Assembly: GCF_016806735.1 (NCBI RefSeq) | Contig: NZ_CP060530.1 | Span: forward strand, 300,001-332,000 | Length of the DNA: 32,000 nt | Direction of reading: 5' to 3' | From: Candidatus Micrarchaeum sp. | GTDB lineage: Archaea > Micrarchaeota > Micrarchaeia > Micrarchaeales > Micrarchaeaceae | Shown here: piece after piece, positions 16,358 through 24,940 of the stretch | Layout of the letters: every line of letters begins with the position of its first letter | Position numbering within the stretch: position 1 is the stretch's first letter | Program-made: the position numbers and the translations under genes | The notes under the pieces: model-generated | The model's input: only the letters and a program-made list of their open reading frames with translations | Database searches by the model: none | Told to the model about the DNA's origin: nothing

Positions 16358-17578
16358 ATGGAAAAAACATTCAGCAGATCAATAAAAGACGTAGAGTCGA
16401 TGCGCAGTTTCAGCGATGAGGAGATGCACGTATTGAAAGAAGCTGACTCTGCAGCCGAGGAGCTCGTAATGCCTGAATACGAGCACTACATGAATCACGA
16501 GTTTGATCCGGAAGGGCCTAAAGTGTTGGCCAAACACAACCTCATAGGCATACCGATAAAAAAAGAGTATGGGGGCCTTGGGATGGAGCCAATAATCTCC
16601 ACGCTGGTAAAGGAAAGACTAGGTCAGCTCGGTATGGGTCTTTCAAGCTTTATGAACGTGCAGGTATTCCTATGTGCACAAACAATTCAGAGGTGGGGCA
16701 CTGAAGGGCAGAAAAAGGAGCACCTTCCAAAAAATGTCAAGGGCGAGAAGGTGTATGCATTCGGTTTGACAGAGCCCGAGGCTGGCAGCGATCCGGCATC
16801 TTTGAAAACCGAATACAAAAAATCAGGCTCAGCCTATGTTATAAACGGTACAAAATACCTGATATCAAACGGCACTATAGCGGATTATATAATAGTCTTC
16901 GCAAGGTCGGCTGAAAATAATCGCGAAATAAGTGCATTCATTGTCGACGCGCATTCCGAAGGCGTCTCGCGTACCGAGCTGAAGGAAAAGATAGGTCTTT
17001 TTACGTCAGACACAGGTATGATCGATTTTTCCGATGTCAAGGTCACAGAATCTTCAGTTTTGGGGCCAATAGGCAAAGGCATGAATGTTGCGTACTCGGC
17101 ACTTCTAAACGCAAGGCTCGGCGTAGCTGCCGGATGTGTTGGAGTCATAGAAGGTTCTCTTAACGCTTCAATCAAAAGGGCCAAAGAGCGCGTCCAGCAC
17201 GGCAAAGAAATAGGGAAACACCAGCTGATTCAGCAGCACATTTCCGCAATGCGCCAAAACCTTGAGATGGCACGCTGGCCAACATATTTCGCTGCGATAA
17301 GAAAAGCAGAATATGAAGCAAATCCAGATAACAAAGAACTGATGGAGGAAGTAGAATTAAGGGTTTCATTGGCCAAACGCATAGCATCGCGCCTTGCCTT
17401 CGAATCTGCAGACAGGGCAGTGCAGGTCCACGGAGGTTTTGGCTACTCCCTGATGTCACCCGTAGGGCAATTATTCTTGGACAGCAGGGTTGCGCGCATA
17501 TACGAAGGCACCGATGAGATACAGGACCTGAAAATAGCCTCGGAATTGCTTGGAAAGGACTACGAAGCATATAGGTGA
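16358..17578 (+). CDS. Acyl-CoA dehydrogenase, paralog 1
   Basis: 406 aa with the ACAD motifs GLTEPEAGSDPA and RIYEGTDEIQ and the catalytic-base region at the C-terminus. Confidence 0.9.
   Translation: MEKTFSRSIKDVESMRSFSDEEMHVLKEADSAAEELVMPEYEHYMNHEFDPEGPKVLAKHNLIGIPIKKEYGGLGMEPIISTLVKERLGQLGMGLSSFMNVQVFLCAQTIQRWGTEGQKKEHLPKNVKGEKVYAFGLTEPEAGSDPASLKTEYKKSGSAYVINGTKYLISNGTIADYIIVFARSAENNREISAFIVDAHSEGVSRTELKEKIGLFTSDTGMIDFSDVKVTESSVLGPIGKGMNVAYSALLNARLGVAAGCVGVIEGSLNASIKRAKERVQHGKEIGKHQLIQQHISAMRQNLEMARWPTYFAAIRKAEYEANPDNKELMEEVELRVSLAKRIASRLAFESADRAVQVHGGFGYSLMSPVGQLFLDSRVARIYEGTDEIQDLKIASELLGKDYEAYR
17371..17538 (+). repeat. Near-identical tract shared with 19121..19288 (ACAD paralogs)
   Basis: Base-by-base comparison at the 1750-nt offset gives 6 mismatches in 168 nt (17392, 17434, 17437, 17440, 17477, 17491). 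The flanking codons are strongly diverged. Further tracts: 17186..17256 = 18936..19006 (71/71 identical) and 16442..16500 = 18192..18250 (1 mismatch). Confidence 0.9.
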
Positions 17579-17579
17579 T

Positions 17580-18089
17580 ATGGTGGCAATAATACCATTC
17601 GAAGGCAAAAAACCGAAAATCGGAAAGGACACATTCATAGCAGAAACGGCAATGTTGATAGGTGACGTTGAGATAGGGAATTCGTCGAGCATATGGTACG
17701 GAGCAGTCTTGCGCGGCGACATGCATTATATAAAGATAGGGGATAACGTAAGCGTCCAGGACAATTCGGTCATGCATGGAACTGCAAACAAATTTCCAAC
17801 AGTAATCGGGAACAATGTCACGATAGGCCATTCTGCAATCATGCACGGATGCAAAATAGGCGATAACTGCTTGATAGGCATGGGCAGCAGGGTTTTGGAA
17901 GGTGCAAAAATAGGCAACTGGTGCATAATAGCAGCTGGAGCGGTAGTAACCGAGGGTACAGAGATACCGGACGAAAGCATAGTTATGGGAATTCCAGGGG
18001 CAATAAAATCCAAGGTTACCGAATTGCACAAGGAAAGAATAACAAGAAACTGGAAGGCTTATGTTGAGCTTGCAAAGCACTATATGTAA
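17580..18089 (+). CDS. Left-handed beta-helix protein (gamma-carbonic-anhydrase / PaaY-YrdA family)
   Basis: Hexapeptide repeats are present (IGDNVSVQDNSVMHG ... VIGNNVTIGHSAIMHGCKIGDNCLIGMGSRV ... IGNWCIIAAGAVV). The ATG at 17580 follows the ACAD1 stop by 1 nt. The ORF-track start at 17550 overlaps ACAD1. Confidence 0.85.
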   Translation: MVAIIPFEGKKPKIGKDTFIAETAMLIGDVEIGNSSSIWYGAVLRGDMHYIKIGDNVSVQDNSVMHGTANKFPTVIGNNVTIGHSAIMHGCKIGDNCLIGMGSRVLEGAKIGNWCIIAAGAVVTEGTEIPDESIVMGIPGAIKSKVTELHKERITRNWKAYVELAKHYM

Positions 18090-18107
18090 AAATTTTAGGG
18101 TAAAGGC

Positions 18108-19328
18108 ATGAATGAGCTGTTTGAAGAGGATGTAAAGTATGCATCAAGCTTTGTCAAACTTTCGGAAGAAGAGCTAAAGGTGCTGGAAGAGGCTGACTCT
18201 GCAGCCGAGGAGTTCGTAATGCCTGAATACGAGCACTACATGAATCACGAATTCGATACGGAGGCTGTTCCAATAGCAAAAAAACACGGGCTTTTCGGAA
18301 TTCCAGTACCTGCAGAATACGGGGGCCTAGGGCTAAGACCAATAATACACTCGCTCGTGCAGATGAGGCTAGGTCAGCTCGGGCTTGGTTTTGCTACGCT
18401 CTATGACGTCCAGACTTTTATAGCTGCCAATATAATATCGAGATGGGGAAGCGAAGAACAGAAGCTCAAGCATCTAAAATCAATGGCATCCGGAAATTCC
18501 ATATTTTCGTTCTGCCTTACCGAGCCCGAGGCTGGCAGCGATCCGAGCATGATGAGCACAACATATGCAAAAGACGGATCAGGATTCACCATAAATGGAA
18601 CAAAATATCTGATAACCAACGGATCCATATGCGATCACATGATACTTTTTGCGAAATCCGAAAATGGAAAAGAGATTACGTCATTCATAATAAATTCAAA
18701 ATCCGATGGGTTCAGCGTCGAGGCCGGCTTGAAGGAGAAGATAGGACTATTCACTTCTGACACTGCCATGCTAAATTTCGAGAATGTCCACGTAGAAAAA
18801 GATGACATAATCGGAACAGAAGGAAAAGGGCTTCACGTTGCATATTCTGCTCTGTTGAACGGGCGTTTGGGCATAGGTTCTGCATGCATAGGCGTTATAG
18901 AAGCGTCTCTTTCAGCCTCATTAAAAAGAGCAAAGGAGCGCGTCCAGCACGGCAAAGAAATAGGGAAACACCAGCTGATTCAGCAGCACATTTCCGCAAT
19001 GCGCCAGAACTTGGAGATGGCACGCTGGCCTGTGCTGAAGGCTGTAATAGAAAAAGAAGCCTACGACAAAAAGCCTCAAGATGAAGGATTGCTAAAAAAC
19101 GCAGATATATATTCAGCTCTGGCCAAACGCATAGCATCGCGTCTTGCCTTCGAATCTGCAGACAGGGCAGTGCAGGTCCACGGGGGCTTCGGCTACTCCC
19201 TGATGTCACCCGTAGGGCAATTATTCCTGGACAGCAGGGTGGCGCGCATATACGAAGGCACCGATGAGATACAGGACCTGAAAATAGCATCTGACATCCT
19301 TGGGCCAGAATATTCGGCATACAAATAA
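18108..19328 (+). CDS. Acyl-CoA dehydrogenase, paralog 2
   Basis: 406 aa, colinear with paralog 1 (offset exactly 1750 nt). It carries the same motifs, LTEPEAGSDPS and RIYEGTDEIQ. Confidence 0.9.
   Translation: MNELFEEDVKYASSFVKLSEEELKVLEEADSAAEEFVMPEYEHYMNHEFDTEAVPIAKKHGLFGIPVPAEYGGLGLRPIIHSLVQMRLGQLGLGFATLYDVQTFIAANIISRWGSEEQKLKHLKSMASGNSIFSFCLTEPEAGSDPSMMSTTYAKDGSGFTINGTKYLITNGSICDHMILFAKSENGKEITSFIINSKSDGFSVEAGLKEKIGLFTSDTAMLNFENVHVEKDDIIGTEGKGLHVAYSALLNGRLGIGSACIGVIEASLSASLKRAKERVQHGKEIGKHQLIQQHISAMRQNLEMARWPVLKAVIEKEAYDKKPQDEGLLKNADIYSALAKRIASRLAFESADRAVQVHGGFGYSLMSPVGQLFLDSRVARIYEGTDEIQDLKIASDILGPEYSAYK
19121..19288 (+). repeat. Partner copy of the 17371..17538 tract
   Basis: See 17371..17538: same frame and same relative position in ACAD paralog 2. 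Confidence 0.9.
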
Positions 19329-19330
19329 GA

Positions 19331-20377
19331 TTAAATGCTGGCACCTACTGCATCTGCAATGTTTCCATATCCATCTTTTTCAAGCCTGCTTGCTATGCCT
19401 TCATTTATTTTTCTTGCAATGGTTGGCCCTTCGAAAATAAAACTAGTATATATTTGTAATAGGCTTGCACCGTTAAGTATGCGTTCATATGCCTCATCTG
19501 CACTGTCTATGCCGCCAACCGAAACAAGTATTGTTTGCCCTAAAAATTCGTTTGCCAAAACTTTTAGCATCGCCATGCTCTTTTTTGTTACAGCTCTTCC
19601 GCTTATGCCTCCGAAATCCTTTGGGTGCTTCAAAAGCGAATAATCCTTGCTCGTGTTCGTTGCTATTATTCCGTTTGCTCCATTGTCTATTGCCATTGAG
19701 CAGACTTCCAACGCGGCTTTTGCATCGATGTCAGGATCTATCTTGAGCAGCATGGGTTTTTTTGTGATAGATTTCGCGGCTCCAAAAAGTTCTTGCACAA
19801 AATAAGGGTTTTCCAAATCGCGCAATCCTTTGGTGTTCGGCGAAGAAACGTTAACTTGCAAATAAGTCGCATATTTTTCAAGCTTTCTTACCAAGTAAAT
19901 ATAATCATCAATCGCTTTGCCTAGATCAGTGTCTTTGCTTTTCCCTATGCTTATTCCTATAGGTATCTTTATGTCTGATCTTGATAAATTTGAGGCAATA
20001 AAATCAGAGCCTAAATTATTGAATCCCATATTATTCTGAAGCGATTTTTCCTCGGCAAACCTAAACAACCTGGGCTTTTCATTTCCATTTTGTTGGAACT
20101 TTGTAACGGTTCCAACTTCTGCATAACCGAACCCGAAGCGATCGATTATGCTTACTATCTGCGCATTTTTGTCAAACCCTGCAGCTAAACCAATTGGATT
20201 TGAGAATTCTCCGTCAAAAAGTTTCTGTTTCAGCCTTTCATCATGATATTCCATGCTACCAAAAAGTTTGCGTGCAAGAAATTGGAAACTTTTTTCTTGC
20301 ATCATGCGAAGAATAATATCGTGCGTCTTTTCCGGATCGAAGTTGAAAAATAATTTTCTAAATAGCCTGTAATCCAT
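19331..20377 (-). CDS. pyrD: Dihydroorotate dehydrogenase, class 2 (quinone-dependent) type
   Basis: 348 aa with the class-2-like N-terminus (LFFNFDPEKTHD), plus GLAAGFDKNA, NVSSPNTKGLR and SVGGI. It converges with ACAD2, with only 2 nt between the stops. Confidence 0.88.
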   Translation of the reverse strand: MDYRLFRKLFFNFDPEKTHDIILRMMQEKSFQFLARKLFGSMEYHDERLKQKLFDGEFSNPIGLAAGFDKNAQIVSIIDRFGFGYAEVGTVTKFQQNGNEKPRLFRFAEEKSLQNNMGFNNLGSDFIASNLSRSDIKIPIGISIGKSKDTDLGKAIDDYIYLVRKLEKYATYLQVNVSSPNTKGLRDLENPYFVQELFGAAKSITKKPMLLKIDPDIDAKAALEVCSMAIDNGANGIIATNTSKDYSLLKHPKDFGGISGRAVTKKSMAMLKVLANEFLGQTILVSVGGIDSADEAYERILNGASLLQIYTSFIFEGPTIARKINEGIASRLEKDGYGNIADAVGASI

Positions 20378-20456
20378 GATAAAGGTTGCAATGCGAAGAA
20401 TTTAAAGAATATTCAAAGCATACTAAATTGGGTGTGTTGGGTTCGAAAGTGGGAAT

Positions 20457-21224
20457 ATGGCTAAAATAATAATAAAAAAGGGCTTGTTGACATTGATATC
20501 GATAAACAGGCCAGAGAAGCATAACGCACTTGACTCCGAAACGCTAGGTCTGCTTTCTTCTGCTATTATCGAAGCTTCCTCGGACAAAATGTGCAGGGCC
20601 ATAATAATATCGGGTGCAGGAGGCAAAGCATTCAGCGCAGGTGCGGATGTAAACTATTTATCCGAAATAAGCAGCGCAAGGGACGCCGAAGATGCATTTG
20701 ACACGTTTTATTCTACATACAAATGCGTATGGGATTCGCCTAAGCCCGTTATTGCAGCCATAAACGGCTACTGCCTTGGCGGTGGCAATGAGCTTGCTAT
20801 GGCATGCGATTTCAGGATAGCTACCCCAGAATCAACATTCGGGCAGCCGGAAGTCAAACTCGGCATAGTGCCTGGGGGTGGAGCTACTTATAGGTTAGCA
20901 ACTTTGGTAGGATTGCAAAAGGCCAGAGAGATTATATTCACGGGCAATACAATAAACGCTAAAGAAGCCCTAAGCCTTGGATTAATAGATTCGATAATTA
21001 GCAGCGAGCACTTAATAGAGGAAGCCGAAAAGCTTTGCAATGCTATGGCTTCCGCAAGCGGCAAAGCTCTAAGTTCTGCGAAACGGGCCATAAATTACGG
21101 TATCGGCTATGACCAGAGCGAAGAGAAGAAATCTTTCATAGAATGCTTTATTTCTGGGGATGCGAAAGAGGGGGTTTCGGCTTTCATCGAGCACAGGAAG
21201 CCCAATTTCAACGACGTGGTGTAA
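20457..21224 (+). CDS. Enoyl-CoA hydratase (crotonase family)
   Basis: 255 aa with SGAGGKAFSAGADV and INGYCLGGGNELAMACDFRIA (oxyanion hole and catalytic Glu region). Confidence 0.9.
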   Translation: MAKIIIKKGLLTLISINRPEKHNALDSETLGLLSSAIIEASSDKMCRAIIISGAGGKAFSAGADVNYLSEISSARDAEDAFDTFYSTYKCVWDSPKPVIAAINGYCLGGGNELAMACDFRIATPESTFGQPEVKLGIVPGGGATYRLATLVGLQKAREIIFTGNTINAKEALSLGLIDSIISSEHLIEEAEKLCNAMASASGKALSSAKRAINYGIGYDQSEEKKSFIECFISGDAKEGVSAFIEHRKPNFNDVV

Positions 21225-21226
21225 TA

Positions 21227-22450
21227 ATGGAAGATGCATACATACTGGAAATTCTCAGAAGCCCAGTTGGAAAATTCCTTGGTAGCTTATCAGGGCTTTC
21301 GGCAACGGATCTGGCTGTGCAGGTTGTAACCGAATTGGTGCAAAGATCAGGGATAAAAAAAGAGAGCATAGACGGAATAATAGCTGGCAACGTCCTTTCA
21401 GCAGGATTGGGTCAAAACCCCGCTAAGCAGGTAATTGTCCATTCCGGATTGCCAAACAGTATACCAACGCTTAACGTAAACATGGTATGCGCTTCAGGCT
21501 TAAAAGCAATATCTTTAGCCGCAGAATCTATACAAGCTGGAAACTCTGATATGATCATAGCAGGCGGCATGGAAAGCATGTCAAACGCGCCCCATGCTAT
21601 AAAAGGATTGAGAAAGTTTAGGAAGCTAGGTTCAATAAGCTTGGAAGAAGCGTACGGCTACTCAAAAACAGCCAGCAGCATAGACTTTGAACTTGAGGAC
21701 GAGATGATAAAGACGGGGCTGTGGGACTGCTACTCCGATATGCACATGGGGGCAATAGCCGAGAAGATAAGCAAAAAATATTCGATAAGCAGGAAAGAGC
21801 AGGATGAATTTGCCCTTGAGAGCCACAGGAAGGCTGCCAGTGCTACAGATTCGGGCATGTTCAAGGACGAGATAGTAAATATAAGGCTCAAAGACGGCAG
21901 TGTTATCGATACGGACGAGGGGATACGTAGGGACACGAGCCTGGAAATCCTTTCGAAGCTGAAGCCGGCGTTTGTGGAGAATGGGACTGTTACTGCAGGA
22001 AACGCATCGCAGCTAAGTGATGGAGCTGCATTTGCAATAGTAATATCTGGAAAAAAACTCAATGAGCTAAACCTGAAGCCATTGGCTAAAATCGAATCAT
22101 ATGCAGATGCAGGAATCGATCCGCAATGGTATGGGCTTTCACCGAAGGATTCGATGGAACATGCACTTTCAAAATCCGGGCACACTCTTGACGAGATGGA
22201 CCTGATAGAAATAAACGAGGCATTCTGTGTACAGGTTCTCGGGGTTGTAAAGGATATGGGAATAGATATGAGCAAGCTCAATGTCAATGGAGGTGCCACT
22301 GCTCTTGGTCATCCGTTGGGAGCTTCAGGAGCAAAGCTTCTTGCAACTCTGTCCCACGCAATGCAAAAACGCGGCAAGCATTTAGGGATAGTGTCCCTTT
22401 GCCACGGGGGAGGCGGCTCATCGTCAATGGTTATAAGCAGGGCGGAATAA
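21227..22450 (+). CDS. Acetyl-CoA C-acetyltransferase (bacterial-type thiolase II)
   Basis: The ATG at 21227 lies 2 nt after the crotonase stop. Motifs: NMVCASGLKA (Cys nucleophile), NVNGGATALGHPLGASG and CHGGGG. The ORF-track start at 21143 overlaps the upstream gene. Confidence 0.9.
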   Translation: MEDAYILEILRSPVGKFLGSLSGLSATDLAVQVVTELVQRSGIKKESIDGIIAGNVLSAGLGQNPAKQVIVHSGLPNSIPTLNVNMVCASGLKAISLAAESIQAGNSDMIIAGGMESMSNAPHAIKGLRKFRKLGSISLEEAYGYSKTASSIDFELEDEMIKTGLWDCYSDMHMGAIAEKISKKYSISRKEQDEFALESHRKAASATDSGMFKDEIVNIRLKDGSVIDTDEGIRRDTSLEILSKLKPAFVENGTVTAGNASQLSDGAAFAIVISGKKLNELNLKPLAKIESYADAGIDPQWYGLSPKDSMEHALSKSGHTLDEMDLIEINEAFCVQVLGVVKDMGIDMSKLNVNGGATALGHPLGASGAKLLATLSHAMQKRGKHLGIVSLCHGGGGSSSMVISRAE

Positions 22451-23293
22451 ATGGGGGAAAAGATTTCTGTAATAGGGCCAGGTACAATGGGTACAGGCAT
22501 AGCGCAGGCATTTCTACAATCTGGATTTGATGTAGTCCTGGTTGGAAGGAGCGAAGAATCTGCAAAGAAAGGCTTGGATTTGATGAACGCTGGAATATCA
22601 AAAGCAATTGCAAAAGGTTCGCTAAAAGAATCGGACCGCAACAATATGCTTTCAAGGTTAAAAGTAACGAATAAGTATGATGCAATTTCAGGTTCTGCGT
22701 TGGTAATAGAAGCAGTATCCGAAATATTAGAATCAAAAATAAGCGTGCTAAGGGAATGCGAGAAATACGCAAAGGGATCGCTCATAGCTACGAATACATC
22801 ATCGATATCGATAACGCTGCTGGCAAACAGCCTTGCAAATCCCGAAATGTTTATCGGAATGCATTTCTTCAATCCGGTACCGGTTATGAAACCCGTGGAG
22901 ATAATAACTGGAGAGAAAACTTCTCAAAAAGCCACCGAACTCGCATTCAAGTTTTCTGAAATGTGCGACAAGACTCCGATAAAAGTAAAGGATTATCCTG
23001 GCTTCGTAGCCAACAGCATACTTATGCCGATGCTAAACGAGGCAATCCTTCTTTTAGAGAAAAATGTAGCTACAAAGGAAGGCATAGATGCTATAGTAAA
23101 GCTTGGCCTAAGGCACCCAATGGGCCCACTTGAGCTAGCGGACTTCATAGGGCTTGATGTATGCCTAGACATAACAAATTCAATATATAAGGCTACAAAA
23201 GACGAGAAATATAAACCTGAAAGACTTCTTGTAGAAATGGTTGAGCAGAAAAAGCTTGGAAAAAAGATAGGAGAAGGATTCTACAAATACTGA
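22451..23293 (+). CDS. 3-hydroxyacyl/3-hydroxybutyryl-CoA dehydrogenase
   Basis: 280 aa with the Rossmann motif VIGPGTMGTGIAQ, then NTSS, and the C-terminal domain LGLRHPMGPLELADFIGLD. The start abuts the thiolase stop. Confidence 0.9.
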   Translation: MGEKISVIGPGTMGTGIAQAFLQSGFDVVLVGRSEESAKKGLDLMNAGISKAIAKGSLKESDRNNMLSRLKVTNKYDAISGSALVIEAVSEILESKISVLRECEKYAKGSLIATNTSSISITLLANSLANPEMFIGMHFFNPVPVMKPVEIITGEKTSQKATELAFKFSEMCDKTPIKVKDYPGFVANSILMPMLNEAILLLEKNVATKEGIDAIVKLGLRHPMGPLELADFIGLDVCLDITNSIYKATKDEKYKPERLLVEMVEQKKLGKKIGEGFYKY

Positions 23294-23416
23294 TGCTGTA
23301 GGAAATATGTCAGCTCGGGCAATGCTATATGCAAAGACATTGTTTACGCCTTCCAGTGAAAGCTAAATACTGGACAAACCTTATAATTGTTTAATAAAAA
23401 TAAAATCTGTGGTAAA

Positions 23417-23716
23417 ATGATAAATGTAGGGTTGTACTATAAGATAAAGAAAGGTCACGAGCATGAATTCGAATCCAAATTCAAAGATGTCGTCGAATAC
23501 CTGTCTAAGGGAGAAGGCTTTAGGCTCGCAAAGCTATACAAGGAAGTTTCAGACCCTAGCGAGTACATGATATACAGCGAATGGGACGGGATGGACAGCT
23601 TTATGGGGTTTGTCAGAAGCGAAGCGTTCCACAGCGTTACTTCTGCAGCAAAGGATATTGTCGAGGGTCAGCCCCGCCATAGGGTATTCTACGAATCTGA
23701 GGATAAAGGTCATTGA
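23417..23716 (+). CDS. Antibiotic-biosynthesis-monooxygenase (ABM / Dabb-fold) domain protein
   Basis: About 99 aa from the ATG at 23417: MINVGLYYKIKKGHEHEFE ... YMIYSEWDGMDSFMGFVRSEAFH, a ferredoxin-like ABM pattern. An A/T-rich box lies at 23381..23405 upstream. Confidence 0.65.
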   Translation: MINVGLYYKIKKGHEHEFESKFKDVVEYLSKGEGFRLAKLYKEVSDPSEYMIYSEWDGMDSFMGFVRSEAFHSVTSAAKDIVEGQPRHRVFYESEDKGH

Positions 23717-23718
23717 GG

Positions 23719-24936
23719 ATGTCATTTTTCAGCAAGGAGCCGAAACAGGTAGACCTGGCATTAGATTCATGCGAGAGCTATCTAAGGGAAAGATTCGAGG
23801 CTCTTTCTGGTCCAGTAATAGACAGATGTTCTCCAATATTAGGCAGGCTAGCCTTGGCATTGGACAGTTTCGGAGCTTCTTTAGAAAAGTTCTCCAAAAT
23901 GGAAAATGATCCTGATGAAGAATTCACTGGCAGGATGAGCATGAGCTTCATAAAAGCGCAGAAGCCGAAATACATAGAGTCATTGAACAACTCCATATCC
24001 TCGCTCAACGAAGCCCTCAATTCTATAAAGTATGACACAAAATACGAGGACATAAGGGGAGTGCAAGTAACCTATGCCGATTTCATATCGCGGCTGCTGT
24101 CAACAAACGCAAATTTCAAAGGGGTAGTGATGGGTTATTCTGAGGAAATGAAGCTCTTCAAGAAGCCCTTCCAACTGCTGGAGAAAAACCTCAAGGACTT
24201 GGAATACGAACTCAATAAATTTGAGCAAGGATTCAGGTCATACATTGCTCTAAGGGACGAAATTGGGAAGGCAATCTCATTGAAGAACGAGCTCTACATA
24301 TCAACTAACGAGGAAGATAAGCCTGCATCAGATTCAAACCGCGAATCGATAGAAGCCGAAAGGGCGGAAATAGAAAGCAAGCTAAACGCAATAAAAGATT
24401 CAATAATAAAGGCCGAAAGTAGGTATAATTCCATGAAATCTGACATAGAACTTGTGCTTAAACCATTGGAGCGCACAGCCAGGAAGTACGACCATTCTAG
24501 CTCAAGCAAAACGAGCCTTGCAAGCATAATATCCTCTCCAATCTCAAAAATCGGCAACGAACTCTCATACGCTAGCTTTATTACTATGCTCAAGGACATG
24601 GGCGCAAAGGTTTCCGATGGCAGCATAAAAATAGAAAACAGTGCGCAAATACTGGAGCAGATAAACGACGCGATAAATGCAGGGATAGATTCCGCAATCG
24701 CCGAAGCCAATTCATCAATGGAACAAAAGGCCGAGCTCGAGCATCAGGAAAAGGATTATGACAACAAGCTATACGAAACAAGGAAAAAAGCAACAACAAT
24801 AGAATCAGAACGCAGAAGCAGAATGTCTAATCTGGAGCACCAGGCAGAGATAAAGATGCAAATTGAAAATGCCAAGGCAACAATAGAAAAGATGTTCACG
24901 CAGTATTATAATGTAAAAGTTCACATAACGGACTGA
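23719..24936 (+). CDS. Coiled-coil protein of unknown function (~405 aa)
   Basis: Long runs rich in E/K/L/I/S with heptad-like character lie in the central and C-terminal parts. There is no catalytic or nucleotide-binding motif and no TM helix. An alternative TTG at 23713 overlaps the ABM stop. Confidence 0.6.
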   Translation: MSFFSKEPKQVDLALDSCESYLRERFEALSGPVIDRCSPILGRLALALDSFGASLEKFSKMENDPDEEFTGRMSMSFIKAQKPKYIESLNNSISSLNEALNSIKYDTKYEDIRGVQVTYADFISRLLSTNANFKGVVMGYSEEMKLFKKPFQLLEKNLKDLEYELNKFEQGFRSYIALRDEIGKAISLKNELYISTNEEDKPASDSNRESIEAERAEIESKLNAIKDSIIKAESRYNSMKSDIELVLKPLERTARKYDHSSSSKTSLASIISSPISKIGNELSYASFITMLKDMGAKVSDGSIKIENSAQILEQINDAINAGIDSAIAEANSSMEQKAELEHQEKDYDNKLYETRKKATTIESERRSRMSNLEHQAEIKMQIENAKATIEKMFTQYYNVKVHITD

Positions 24937-24940
24937 TCAT

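Noticed and set aside
17172-18080. A 302-aa ORF on the minus strand spanning the ACAD1 3' end and the hexapeptide-repeat gene.
   Set aside because: It is antisense to two genes with strong family motifs. Its translation is low-complexity, Cys/Tyr/Arg-rich and has no recognisable domain. This is typical of a shadow ORF in a stop-poor antisense frame.
20407-20414. A GAATATTC palindrome between pyrD and the crotonase operon, considered as an operator site.
   Set aside because: It is only 8 bp in an A/T-rich promoter region, with no extended dyad symmetry and no adjacent regulator gene, so it cannot be distinguished from chance.
21730-22872. Two long antisense ORFs (21730..22299, 189 aa; 22309..22872, 187 aa) opposite the thiolase and hydroxyacyl-CoA dehydrogenase.
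   Set aside because: The sense-strand genes are unambiguous. The antisense products are Ser/Ile/Phe/Ala-rich with no motifs, so I treat them as shadow ORFs.
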